Source: Candidatus Poribacteria bacterium (lineage in GTDB: Bacteria; Poribacteria; WGA-4E; WGA-3G). Taken from it: a stretch of DNA of 64,000 nt. How positions within the stretch are numbered: the stretch's first letter is position 1; each line of letters begins with the position of its first letter. Positions 19,787 to 29,815 of the stretch are shown here, one piece after another. A model generated the notes under the pieces. It ran no database searches. It had not been told where the DNA came from and saw only the letters and a list, made by a program, of their open reading frames with translations. The stretch spans positions 288,001 to 352,000 of the forward strand of contig CAXXLX010000001.1 of NCBI GenBank assembly GCA_963665235.2. The letters run 5' to 3'. A program made the translations under genes and the position numbers.

Positions 19787-20684
19787 CAAATATGCGGCCC
19801 AAACATGTCCCCGTTTGTCTACCTACGCCTTTGCTCCGCTTTATATATGGCGTAACCATTTCCAGTTTTATTGGACCTTACTCTCGGACCATCTCTGTAT
19901 CTTCGCAAAGCAGGGAGATGACTATTTCATGCCAATCCTGCCGATGCCTTACGCTTGTGGAAACGAAATTTATTTAAATGTTATTCGTGAAACGTATCGG
20001 TTTATGACAGAAACCAACCGTAATCCGCACATTGCTCGATTCGAAAATGTGCCGCAAGAGATACTCCCCTTTTTTGAAAAAAACGGGTTTTGTGCTACCT
20101 TGAAGGAACGCGAATATATCTACGAGACCGAGGCACTTAGTAGGTTAAGCGGCAATCGTTACAAAAGCAAACGGAGTGCCTATAACCGCTTTGTGGCGCG
20201 GTATGCATCAGCAGCACTCAGCCCATATCGTCCTACGGATTGCAAGGCATGTTTTTCATGTTATGACACGTGGCACACTTTACGTGCAGCGCAATGTAAC
20301 GATGAGGTATATCGTGCGATGCTCGACGATTCGCGCTCAGCACATCGGATTGCTATCGCGAATGCTGAAGCACTCGGTCTCGTCGGGCGGATTGTTCGCA
20401 TCAACGGAGACATCAGCGGTTATACCTTCGGATATCCACTGACCGCGGATACGTTTTGCATCCTGCTTGAAGTGGCAGACCTTCGGATAAAGGGGTTAGC
20501 ACAGTTTATCTATCGCGAATTTTGCAAGGAGCTGATGGACAATTATAAGTGGATTAACGCTATGGACGACTCAGGGTTAGAAAATCTACGGCGTGTCAAA
20601 CAGTCCTATCGTCCAGCACAATTGATTCCATCATACAACGTTTATGAAAAAGCGGGCACTCATTTTTCTCAACGGCTACTATGA
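19743..20684 (+). CDS. DUF2156 / LPG-synthase C-terminal-like GNAT-fold protein
   Basis: EYIY....L..LSGNRYKSKR..YNRF; IKGLAQFI; INAMDDSGLENLRRVKQSYRP. Confidence 0.8.
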   Translation: MQLQPLTLQDKPIFDKYAAQTCPRLSTYAFAPLYIWRNHFQFYWTLLSDHLCIFAKQGDDYFMPILPMPYACGNEIYLNVIRETYRFMTETNRNPHIARFENVPQEILPFFEKNGFCATLKEREYIYETEALSRLSGNRYKSKRSAYNRFVARYASAALSPYRPTDCKACFSCYDTWHTLRAAQCNDEVYRAMLDDSRSAHRIAIANAEALGLVGRIVRINGDISGYTFGYPLTADTFCILLEVADLRIKGLAQFIYREFCKELMDNYKWINAMDDSGLENLRRVKQSYRPAQLIPSYNVYEKAGTHFSQRLL

Positions 20685-21369
20685 CCTATCCCAGCTCGAT
20701 TTTTACCGCCAAGAAATTCAGACCGCAATGGAAAATCGGTTTCCGCTTATCTGTGCTGATGGCGGGATACGGATATTTGATGAATTGAACCGCTCAGAAA
20801 GCGTGCCCCTCATAGTAGACGTTCTCATCGGGGATATGGATTCGGTCGAAGGCAGCACAACGCAAGTAAAACACACCGTGCAGGAATGGATAGGACAAAC
20901 CGACAAAGATTATACGGATGGACAACTCGCGGTCGACTACGCCTTGAAAACTTATGGCTGTCAACATATTACTATTTACGGCGGTTTACCGCGTCCGGGA
21001 GAATATGAAACCGATCAGTTTTTCGGAAATCTGAAACTGATGCGTTTTGGGCATTACCGGGTACGTGAGGCTGGCACCCCTTATCGCGCGGAAATGCGCG
21101 ACCCGCAACAAACTATCCATTATGTGCTAACAGAATTGCGGCTAACCCGAAAAAATAGCGGTTTGCAGCGCGTCTCACTCATCGCAGAGGAAGCCAATGC
21201 AGTTGTGCAGAAAAGTCAAAATCTACGTTGGGATTTGACAGGATTACATATCCACCCCGACCTAACGAACGCGCTCCGAAACGAATTTATAGCGGATGCC
21301 GAATGGGCAACACTTCAATTGACTAAAAACTCCACACCTATTTATGTGATTCACAATTGGTATTGCTAA
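20644..21369 (+). CDS. Thiamine pyrophosphokinase-like protein
   Basis: ICADGG, GDMDS and DKDYTDGQLA motifs of ThiN/TPK; divergent C-terminal half. Confidence 0.7.
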   Translation: MKKRALIFLNGYYDLSQLDFYRQEIQTAMENRFPLICADGGIRIFDELNRSESVPLIVDVLIGDMDSVEGSTTQVKHTVQEWIGQTDKDYTDGQLAVDYALKTYGCQHITIYGGLPRPGEYETDQFFGNLKLMRFGHYRVREAGTPYRAEMRDPQQTIHYVLTELRLTRKNSGLQRVSLIAEEANAVVQKSQNLRWDLTGLHIHPDLTNALRNEFIADAEWATLQLTKNSTPIYVIHNWYC

Positions 21370-21487
21370 TTGGCTGTTGGAAACCATTGGAAACCATTGG
21401 AAACCAGAAGGCTCTAACGCGTGTCAAAAACCTGCTTATAATCACAACATCTTGCTAATTGCCAATTGCTAATTGCCAATCGCCAAT
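21368..21487. repeat. Dispersed composite repeat, copy 1: (TTGGAAACCA)x3 + core + (GCYAATT)x5
   Basis: Aligns with 52135-52268, including CTGCTTA.AATCACAACATCTTGC. Confidence 0.85.
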
Positions 21488-22428
21488 TTCAGCGTTTCCG
21501 TATCCAGATTGGCACCGCTCATCACCATGACGACGTGTTTCCCTGCCAGTGTATCCGTGAGTTTGTGGGCAGCAGCAAGCGGTGCTGCGCCTGCCCCCTC
21601 CGCCAAGTTGTGTGTCCATCGCAACGCCCACCGGATGCCTTCCACAAGCTCCGCCTCACTGAGTAAAACAATATCGTCAATGCCGCCTTTGATGATAGAA
21701 AACGGCAATGAAAACGGCACGCGGGTCGCAAGTCCATCAGCAACCGTGTCGCAGGTATCGGTCTCTATATGCCGTCCTGCCTTCCACGACAGATAGATAG
21801 CGGGGGCATTTTCTGCTTGCACACCGATGATGCGGACGCTCGGGTTAATCGCTTGGGCCACGGTAATAGCCCCACAGACACCGCTACCTCCACCGATAGG
21901 CACGATAATGGTATCTACATGCGGGAGACTGTCAAAAATCTCAAGAGAATATGTGCCTACGCCGTGAAAAAGTGCTGGCTCCATACAGGGATGAACGTAG
22001 TAAAGCCCGCGTTCCGCTTGGAGTGTCTCACATAATTCGCGTGCCTCGTCAAAATCTTTTCCGTGTTCAATCAGTTCCGCGCCGAATGCGCGCATTGCAC
22101 TGTTTTTCTCTGGGTTGTTGCCGTGTGGTACAACGATAGTCGCTTGGACATCGAACTGTGCCGCCGCATACACAATAGACTGACCGTGATTGCCGCGTGT
22201 TGCCGTAACGACCCCCTGTTTTCTCTGTTCAGCGGGTAAATTCTGGATGAAATTAATGCCGCCACGTACCTTAAAACTGCCTGTCGGTAAGTGATTTTCA
22301 TGTTTGATATAGGCGTGAAACCCGAGTTTTTCAGATAATTCAGGATAGTAGTTTAAGGGGGTTGGTCGTAAAAACCGGTGGACGATTTGTTTTGCAGCGA
22401 TAATGCCGCGAAAGTTAACAGCTTTCAT
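21469..22428 (-). CDS. Threonine/serine dehydratase family PLP enzyme
   Basis: KHENHLPTGSFKVRG, ATRGNHG, PIGGGSG, TVADGL, EGAGA, SGAN. Confidence 0.9.
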   Translation of the reverse strand: MKAVNFRGIIAAKQIVHRFLRPTPLNYYPELSEKLGFHAYIKHENHLPTGSFKVRGGINFIQNLPAEQRKQGVVTATRGNHGQSIVYAAAQFDVQATIVVPHGNNPEKNSAMRAFGAELIEHGKDFDEARELCETLQAERGLYYVHPCMEPALFHGVGTYSLEIFDSLPHVDTIIVPIGGGSGVCGAITVAQAINPSVRIIGVQAENAPAIYLSWKAGRHIETDTCDTVADGLATRVPFSLPFSIIKGGIDDIVLLSEAELVEGIRWALRWTHNLAEGAGAAPLAAAHKLTDTLAGKHVVMVMSGANLDTETLKLAIGN

Positions 22429-22599
22429 ATTTTCTCCGTATCAAGATTTTCGAACGCATTAAACAGTCAGGGAATTTTGCAATAATTCCGTATCCTTGAA
22501 GCCCCCAAACTAAACAACAATCTCATACACGCGCTGAAGGTGGTTATACCTACGCCATCCATCGGTATACACTATCGCAGATGTTGGCAAAAACCGCTT

Positions 22600-22777
22600 C
22601 TTTCCGTGTTCTCTGTATCCTCTGCGCTAGTCCGCGATTTGCGGCGTACTCGCCCAAATGCGATGTGCATTCAGACAACACAAGCGAAATCTATCCTTCC
22701 CCTCTTCCAATCTTCCACCCTTCCACCTATCCGTTTGACAAGAACGTTACGCCCTCCTAAAATTGTCCAAACTTTAG
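22600..22777. repeat. Dispersed repeat shared with 42890-42995, followed by a solo IS701-like terminal inverted repeat
   Basis: CCGCGATTTGCGGCGTACTCGCCCAAATGCGAYGTGCATTCWGACAACACA occurs twice in the window; TAAAATTGTCCAAACTTTAG (22758-22777) equals the IS end at 54888-54907. Confidence 0.85.
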
Positions 22778-23077
22778 TAACATGGTAACATATTCCACCT
22801 GGATATATCAACCGTTTTTTACATTACTTATGCAAATTTTTACATTACTTATGTTGGAATCGTCATAACTTATGTCCGAATCTTCATTTTTTCACCCATA
22901 ATTGCCCAAATTTGCTTGGCACAAAACTTGCACACTATATGGAAAAGCATGGAAAAGCATGGAAAAGCGAAACGTTCCGTGATTTTAACGTAAAAATTGC
23001 AAAAATTAGAATTTATCCTTGAAAATTCGAAAAAAATGTGGTATACTTTAATAAGTTGAGGATTAAGAAACCGAAAT

Positions 23078-23551
23078 TTGTGTTTTGACGTTAATTTCAA
23101 GGAGCCCATCGTAATGGACGCGCGAACTTTATCTTTACCTATTAGCACATTAGAGTACAAACAACCCATCACGGTGCAAGTCGGCTCTCCGGTCTCAGCA
23201 GCGATTGACATCATGCAAGCGGAGGGGTTTGGGTGTATTCTCGTCGTTGATACAGAGCAGCGGTTAATCGGCATTCTAACCGAACGCGACCTACTTGTTC
23301 ATATAAGCGGACACCAGTTGGAACCGAGTACTGTTAACGTAGAAGAGATAATGACAACAAATCCAGAATCTTTACGCGCCAGCGACCCAATTGCGTTTGC
23401 CTTGAAACTGATGCATCTCGGGCACTTTCGGCACGTTCCGCTTTGTATCACAGATGACCAACAGCATGAATATCCTGTCGGGGTGATTTCAACACGAGAT
23501 ATCTTAGACCACGTCGCAGGATTCATCGCGGCTCAGGAAGGTGAGGGTTAA
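23078..23551 (+). CDS. CBS-domain protein
   Basis: LIGILTERDLL, VEEIMTTNP, FRHVPL, VGVISTRDI; true start may be the internal MDART. Confidence 0.88.
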   Translation: MCFDVNFKEPIVMDARTLSLPISTLEYKQPITVQVGSPVSAAIDIMQAEGFGCILVVDTEQRLIGILTERDLLVHISGHQLEPSTVNVEEIMTTNPESLRASDPIAFALKLMHLGHFRHVPLCITDDQQHEYPVGVISTRDILDHVAGFIAAQEGEG

Positions 23552-23553
23552 CT

Positions 23554-24093
23554 ATGCTTTATGAGGATTTAATTGATGAAGAATTAGCACAGATAGCGAA
23601 AGATGTGGAGACACCTCAAAGGGAACTAAAAATTAGTGAAATTCAGGTGCCGCTCCGACATTTGATGAACCTTTGTGTTATCATTGACATCGAAGCAAAC
23701 GTGCAGACCGCAATTGATACATTGATAGAACGGCAGATTGGGGCTGCACCCGTTGTGCAAGATAGAATTCTCCGAGGCATCTTTAGCGAACGGGACGTAC
23801 TGCGCAAAATTCTAAACAAACAAACCGGAGATTTGACACATCTCCCCGTCGAACAATTCATGATAGCCGACCCGCAGACAGCAACACCCGAGGATTTGTT
23901 GGATACGGCTATTTTGTATATGGCACGCGGCGGCTACCGACACCTGCCTATTGTGGATGAAAAACATCGTCCAATAGGTATGGTATCTATTCGCGACGTT
24001 ATCTCTTATCTCGTTGAACATTTTTCCCATGAGGTTTTGACATTACCTCCACAACCCATTCGAGATGCGATGAAGACGAGAGAAGGAGCATAG
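23554..24093 (+). CDS. CBS-domain protein
   Basis: GIFSERDVL, FMIADP, YRHLPIVD, IGMVSIRDVI. Confidence 0.9.
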   Translation: MLYEDLIDEELAQIAKDVETPQRELKISEIQVPLRHLMNLCVIIDIEANVQTAIDTLIERQIGAAPVVQDRILRGIFSERDVLRKILNKQTGDLTHLPVEQFMIADPQTATPEDLLDTAILYMARGGYRHLPIVDEKHRPIGMVSIRDVISYLVEHFSHEVLTLPPQPIRDAMKTREGA

Positions 24094-24172
24094 CACATGG
24101 AAAACACTCGCGTAGGGCGGTCCTATAACTACTGTCCATACAACATAATATATCTAAAAAGGCTGAATACTG

Positions 24173-26059
24173 ATGCGTAAGCAAGTAAAGCAAATTCAGG
24201 CAGCAACAGTCCTATTTGCCGGGGATTCTGGTGACGGCTCCCAAACAATCGGAACGCGAATGACAGAAACCTCTGCCATTGTCGGGAACGATGTCGCTAC
24301 GTTGCCCGATTACCCCGCCGAAATTCTCGCGCCCGCTGGCTCCATCGCCGGAGTCTCCGGATTCCAACTACACTTCTCTAGTGAAACTATCTACACCCCC
24401 GGGGATACCTGTGATGTCCTAGTCGCAATGAATCCCGCTGCGCTAAAGGTCAACATTCATAAATTAAAGGATAACGGCATACTGATTGTTAATTCCAATA
24501 ATTTTGAACGCAAAAATCTACGACTCGCCGGCTACACCGACAATCCGCTTGAAGATGGCTCGCTTGCAAAATATCAGGTCTTTCAGGTCGAATTGACACG
24601 CCTGACTCGAGAAGCACTTGAAGCACTCGAAGATGAGGATTTCGAAGACGAAGATCTAGAAGATCTCAAAGAGCTGGAAGATACTCCGCTCACTTTCAGT
24701 GAACAAGATAGATGCAAAAACTTCTTTGCACTCGGCATGATCCTCTGGTTATACGAGCGGTCCATGGATTATACAATAAAATGGATTAAGACCGAGTTAA
24801 AGGTCAAACGCCCGAAATTCGTAAAACCGGATATTTTAGCACTCAAAGCAGGTAATGCCTACTGCGATATGGCTGAGCAATTTGCCACCTCTTATGAGGT
24901 GAAACCCGCAAAATTTGCCCCCGGAAAATACCGCAATATTGAGGGCAACATGTCAACTGTTCTCGGGCTCGTCGCTGCTGCACATCAATCCGGATTACAG
25001 TTAGTTTATGGCAGCTATCCGATTACACCCGCCAGTGACATTCTCCATAGACTCGCAAATTATCGCAATTTTGGCATTGTCACAATGCAAATGGAGGATG
25101 AAATCGCCGCCGTTGGCGTGGCAATTGGGGCTGCTTATGGAGGCGCACTCGGGGTGACAGGAAGCAGCGGCCCAGGACTCGCCCTAAAAGCTGAGGCAAT
25201 CAATCTCGCTATGATTGCCGAGCTACCCCTCGTCGTTTGCAACATCCAAAGAGCCGGCCCCTCAACAGGAATGCCGACAAAAACTGAACAAGCAGACCTA
25301 TTACAGATGTTTTACGGTAGAAATGGTGAATCGCCTGTCCCTATCCTCGCAGCATGCCGTCCCAATGACTGTTTTGAGACCGTTTATGAAGCATGCCAAA
25401 TTGCAGTGAAATATCGCACACCGGTTATCTTCCTTTCTGAATTGTACATCGCGTTCGGGGCGGAACCGTGGTGCATTCCGGATGTCAAAGAGCTCCCAAA
25501 AATTGAACCCAATTTCCGCACCGACGTTGACGGTTTCGAACCTTACTTGAGAGACGCTGAAACCCTCGCAAGACCCTGGGCAAAGCCCGGCACCCCCGGA
25601 CTTGAACACCGAATTGGCGGACTAGAAAAATCAGACATAACCGGAAATGTGAGCTATGACGCAGAAAATCACGAAAGAATGGTGACTCTCAGAGCCGAAA
25701 AGGTCAAACGCATCACTAACGATATACCCCCTACAGAGGTCTTTGGTGCACAAGAGGGAGACCTGCTCGTCCTCGGCTGGGGCGGAACTTTTGGGGTTAT
25801 ACGGACAGTTGTTGAAAATAAATTTGAAGCAGGTCATAACATCGGCCACGTCCATTTACGCCACCTCAATCCGTTTCCAAACGACCTCGGCGAAATTCTC
25901 AGCCGATTCAAAACCGTTCTAATTCCTGAATTGAATAACGGTCAACTCCGCCACTTAATCCGAAGCGAATTTCTGATTGATGCCGTTGGACTCAACAAAG
26001 TCCAAGGCCAACCCCTTTATGTTTTTGAACTAGAATCTAAAATTGAAACTTACCTTTAA
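24173..26059 (+). CDS. korA: 2-oxoacid:ferredoxin oxidoreductase alpha subunit (with fused gamma domain)
   Basis: AGDSGDG, YPITPAS, EDEIAA, SGPGLALK, QRAGPSTGMPTKTEQADL, PELNNGQL. Confidence 0.92.
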   Translation: MRKQVKQIQAATVLFAGDSGDGSQTIGTRMTETSAIVGNDVATLPDYPAEILAPAGSIAGVSGFQLHFSSETIYTPGDTCDVLVAMNPAALKVNIHKLKDNGILIVNSNNFERKNLRLAGYTDNPLEDGSLAKYQVFQVELTRLTREALEALEDEDFEDEDLEDLKELEDTPLTFSEQDRCKNFFALGMILWLYERSMDYTIKWIKTELKVKRPKFVKPDILALKAGNAYCDMAEQFATSYEVKPAKFAPGKYRNIEGNMSTVLGLVAAAHQSGLQLVYGSYPITPASDILHRLANYRNFGIVTMQMEDEIAAVGVAIGAAYGGALGVTGSSGPGLALKAEAINLAMIAELPLVVCNIQRAGPSTGMPTKTEQADLLQMFYGRNGESPVPILAACRPNDCFETVYEACQIAVKYRTPVIFLSELYIAFGAEPWCIPDVKELPKIEPNFRTDVDGFEPYLRDAETLARPWAKPGTPGLEHRIGGLEKSDITGNVSYDAENHERMVTLRAEKVKRITNDIPPTEVFGAQEGDLLVLGWGGTFGVIRTVVENKFEAGHNIGHVHLRHLNPFPNDLGEILSRFKTVLIPELNNGQLRHLIRSEFLIDAVGLNKVQGQPLYVFELESKIETYL

Positions 26060-26147
26060 CATCGAAATATGCCAGAACTAGTCGAAAACAGAACGCACCG
26101 TTTCTCCAAAAAAGACTCGGCCCCTATTTTGTAAAAAGGCAAACACT

Positions 26148-27188
26148 ATGAAAAATAAAAAAACTTCAGACATTCCCGGTAGCGTGCCTACCCTCACAGC
26201 AAATGATTTAAAATCCGATCAGGATGTACGCTGGTGCCCCCGATGTGGTGATTACTCTATCCTCGCCCAAACACGACGTATCATGCCAAAATTGGGTATT
26301 CGCAAAGAGAACATCGTCTTTATCTCCGGAATCGGATGCTCCAGCAGGTTCCCTTACTATATGAATACCTACGGATTTCATACCATCCACGGGAGAGCTC
26401 CAACTATCGCATCCGGGCTGAAAATGGCAAATCCTGAACTCTCTGTCTGGGTTATCACAGGAGACGGGGACGCGCTCTCCATCGGCGGAAACCATTTCAT
26501 CCATCTTATGCGCCGGAACTTCGATATCAACGTCCTTCTCTTTAATAACCGTATTTACGGATTGACCAAAGGGCAATACTCCCCTACATCGGAGCAGGGA
26601 AAAAAGACAAAGTCAAGTCCGTTCGGTTCACTTGAATCCCCCTTTAATCCGCTTAGCCTTGCTTTAGCTGCCGGTGCTACCTTTGTAGCGCGTTCAATTG
26701 ACATTGATTCCACACATCTGCAATCCACAATTGAAGCCGCACACGCTCATAAAGGCACATCTTTCATCGAAATATACCAAGACTGTTATGTCTTTAACCC
26801 GAAAACCTTCGAGCTCTATACCAATAAGGATACGAAAACAGATAATATTGTTCGACTTGAACACGGTGAACAGCTTCGCTTCGGAAAAGAGAATCAATAT
26901 GGTATTCGGTTGAAAGACTTTCAACCTGAAGTTGTCACAGTCACAGACGATAATGAAAATGAGCTTATTCGTCACAATCAAGAGGCCCAGAATACGACAT
27001 TGGCGAACTGCCTCGCCCGCATGAGCGATATACAGGACATGCCGCACCCCATCGGTATCTTCCGTAGCGTCCAACAGCCCTGCTACGAAGATATGATGAC
27101 TGACCAGATTGATTTAGCAAAACAGCAGAGAGGCGAAGGCGACCTTGAAGCTGTTCTCAATGCCGGGGATACCTGGGTCGTAGAATAA
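26148..27188 (+). CDS. korB: 2-oxoacid:ferredoxin oxidoreductase beta subunit
   Basis: RWCP.CGDY, SGIGCSSR, TIHGRA, TPP motif GDGD...NN.IYGLTKGQYSPT. Confidence 0.92.
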   Translation: MKNKKTSDIPGSVPTLTANDLKSDQDVRWCPRCGDYSILAQTRRIMPKLGIRKENIVFISGIGCSSRFPYYMNTYGFHTIHGRAPTIASGLKMANPELSVWVITGDGDALSIGGNHFIHLMRRNFDINVLLFNNRIYGLTKGQYSPTSEQGKKTKSSPFGSLESPFNPLSLALAAGATFVARSIDIDSTHLQSTIEAAHAHKGTSFIEIYQDCYVFNPKTFELYTNKDTKTDNIVRLEHGEQLRFGKENQYGIRLKDFQPEVVTVTDDNENELIRHNQEAQNTTLANCLARMSDIQDMPHPIGIFRSVQQPCYEDMMTDQIDLAKQQRGEGDLEAVLNAGDTWVVE

Positions 27189-27209
27189 CAGACAGTAGAC
27201 AGCCCCACC

Positions 27210-27244
27210 GTTTGTATGCGCGCTTCCAAAGCGCGCATACAAAC
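27210..27244. repeat. REP-like palindrome (possible terminator); relatives at 34676-34704 and 40521-40559
   Basis: GTTTGTATGCGCGCTT-CCA-AAGCGCGCATACAAAC perfect 16-bp stem. Confidence 0.75.
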
Positions 27245-27385
27245 ACACTCCTAATCCGCGACACAGACAAAAAACCTCCCTCAAAAAACACACCCCTTTA
27301 CACCGGTTTTGTACACCCTATCAAACTAAATTCATTTGACAACACCCCTAATATTTGGTTAAAATAGTAGAGGTGATTCAAACGC

Positions 27386-29806
27386 GTGAAAACAGGGAGC
27401 CGAAGTTATCGGAGTATCATGATTTACAAAACCTTTTCGTACTGGCTGTGGTTTGCAAGCTTTGGAATATTGGCATTAGTCCTTGCCAACGTGCCGCTAT
27501 TTGATATCCTTGCCTTTGAGTTTTGCGCTGTCGTGACACTCGGCATCGCCTTCGCGGGTGCGCATGTCGCAATAACGACACTACAAGCGATGAAACGTGC
27601 CCCAGATGCCCTAGTAGGTCCCCCCGGACACATTGTGCTGCGATGTTTCTGGCGAGCCCTTGTGGCTAACATGCTCTTACTGTTAATAGCCCTCGGCATC
27701 ATCCTGCTCAATGCGTTTCGTGTCAAAAATTGCAACTTCGGCGAGGGGTTTCTGTTTTTCCTTATCTTGCCGACACTGAGTTGTGGCACAGCCACGGCAT
27801 CAGGCATCCTTTTCGGGCTGTGGATTGAAAGACGTTGGCTCACATATCTTACATATATAGGGTTTCTGCTGCTTTCATGCGTGCCTGTGCTTATCAATCT
27901 GATATTTCATCCGCCAGTGTTTGCATATCATGCAATGCTCGGATATTTTCCCGGACCGATTTACGACTTTGTCGTTTCGATAACGACACCCCTACTGCTT
28001 GCAAGGGCGGAAACAGTAATATGGACGTGCCTGCTCTTAAGTCTCGCTACCAATGTGTGTGAAATTAACCGTGAAACAGCATTGCTTCCGCGTCTCAGGT
28101 GGCGTAACCTTTTAGCACGTATACCTATAGCGGATTTCCCAAAGCGTGCAGTGCTATGTCTCTTAATTGTCGTCTTGGGAGGCTTTCAACTCTACGCTGG
28201 CAAATTAGGAACACGATTGTCACGGGGGGATATCGAACGGGAATTGGGCGGTTACCACGAAACAGCGAATTTTGAAATCTACTATGCACGCGAACTTGTG
28301 GGAGAAATTGAACGGATTGCCAACGATTGTGAATTTCAGTACAGCCAACTGGCCGCCTATTTCGGGACAGAAATTTCCCGGAAAGTCCGCGCGTATATCT
28401 ACAGGTCCCCTGAACAGAAAAAACGGTTGATTGGCGCAGGCGACACATCTGTGGAAGACCCCTTCGGGTACGGATTTCATATCCACACACAGGGGCAACG
28501 CCATCTTGCAATAACCCATCCGGTGCTCAAACATGAATTGGCACATGTGTTGACAGCGGACTGGTCCCCTTGGAAGTTCAGTTTGAGCATAGGACTTCAC
28601 GAGGGCATTGCTGTCGCTGCGGACTGGAATGAAGGCCGCCTCACCGGGCATCAATGGGCAAAAGCGATGCGTGAGTTGAAGGTCGCGCCACCGCTTTCAG
28701 GCATCATGGGTATAGGACTCGGATTTTGGGGACATTCAGGGTCGCGGAGCTATCTGCTCGCAGGGTCATTCGTGCGGTTTATCGTTGATACCTACGGCAT
28801 AGAAAAACTGATAAGCATTTTTCCGACAGGTAATTTCGCCAAGGGATACGGCAAGAGCTTGGAAACGTTAGAGACGGAGTGGCTCGAATTTTTGAAAAAC
28901 GTTCCTTTGAAAGACGAGGATTTGGGTTACGCTACCAACCGCCTAAAGCGGCGCGGCATCTTTGAACGGGTATGTGCCCATGAAATAGCAGCATTGCGAG
29001 ATAACGCCTGGCACGCGTACTCCGAACGTAATTTTGAGACTGCCGTAAAAATGTTTGAACGCATGCTATCCGCTGAACCGGAAAATTCTATACACCTACG
29101 GGGCTTAATGTTCAGCGAATATCAACGTGGGAATTATGAACGTGCTGCCGCACTTGCAAAACGTATCGGCACAGATGAAAACGCCTTCTATAGAGCCGAG
29201 GCATTCCAGCTGCTAGGAGATATCCAGTGGCTGCAAGGCACGCCTGAGGCGGCATCAGTGACCTATACCGAGGCGATGTCGCTTGCCCCTCGCGAAACGA
29301 TTGAACGGAGCATCATCAAAAGGCGGATAGTCCTTTCAAAAACGCGCCCCCCCGAATCCCGTGAAAATCTCCGGCGCGTTCTCATATCGGGGGACCACAC
29401 CACGCGTATCGGCAGTGGCGCGAAAATGGAGCTGCTACAGCGCGTCATCGAAGCGGAACCGGAGGAAGGGTTAGCCTATCTGTTAGCAGGTGAGCTGCTT
29501 CATAAAGAGGGCGCGTGGCAGCTGAGCACAGAATACCTCCGCCAAGCGGTAACAGTAGGTAAAATAGAAATGTTAAAAAGAGCAGCCCCACAACTTGCAT
29601 TAGAAGCACGAAGGTTAATCGGTATCAATTCATATCATCAGGAAGCGTACCAAATTGCCGAGGACGTGTTTTCAGCTATCGCCGCTGACACAGCATTACC
29701 TCTCGGAACCGTGCTTTCCGCACAAGAGTGGATACAAAGATGCCGATGGGCCCGAAAAATGCAGCTGGGACTCGAGAGAACAAGGCACACAAATCACACA
29801 CGGTAA
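27386..29806 (+). CDS. Membrane-anchored gluzincin (peptidase MA-like) with C-terminal TPR-like repeats
   Basis: N-terminal TM helices; HELAH...LHEGIA zinc motif; YLLAGSFVRFIVDTYG; helical TPR-like tail. Confidence 0.72.
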   Translation: MKTGSRSYRSIMIYKTFSYWLWFASFGILALVLANVPLFDILAFEFCAVVTLGIAFAGAHVAITTLQAMKRAPDALVGPPGHIVLRCFWRALVANMLLLLIALGIILLNAFRVKNCNFGEGFLFFLILPTLSCGTATASGILFGLWIERRWLTYLTYIGFLLLSCVPVLINLIFHPPVFAYHAMLGYFPGPIYDFVVSITTPLLLARAETVIWTCLLLSLATNVCEINRETALLPRLRWRNLLARIPIADFPKRAVLCLLIVVLGGFQLYAGKLGTRLSRGDIERELGGYHETANFEIYYARELVGEIERIANDCEFQYSQLAAYFGTEISRKVRAYIYRSPEQKKRLIGAGDTSVEDPFGYGFHIHTQGQRHLAITHPVLKHELAHVLTADWSPWKFSLSIGLHEGIAVAADWNEGRLTGHQWAKAMRELKVAPPLSGIMGIGLGFWGHSGSRSYLLAGSFVRFIVDTYGIEKLISIFPTGNFAKGYGKSLETLETEWLEFLKNVPLKDEDLGYATNRLKRRGIFERVCAHEIAALRDNAWHAYSERNFETAVKMFERMLSAEPENSIHLRGLMFSEYQRGNYERAAALAKRIGTDENAFYRAEAFQLLGDIQWLQGTPEAASVTYTEAMSLAPRETIERSIIKRRIVLSKTRPPESRENLRRVLISGDHTTRIGSGAKMELLQRVIEAEPEEGLAYLLAGELLHKEGAWQLSTEYLRQAVTVGKIEMLKRAAPQLALEARRLIGINSYHQEAYQIAEDVFSAIAADTALPLGTVLSAQEWIQRCRWARKMQLGLERTRHTNHTR

Positions 29807-29815
29807 GGAGAAAGT

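Noticed and set aside
27307-27341. Relic Mutator-type end (..GTACACCC) 17 bp upstream of a TTGACA
   Set aside because: The match to the 23-bp TIR is too short and gapped to support
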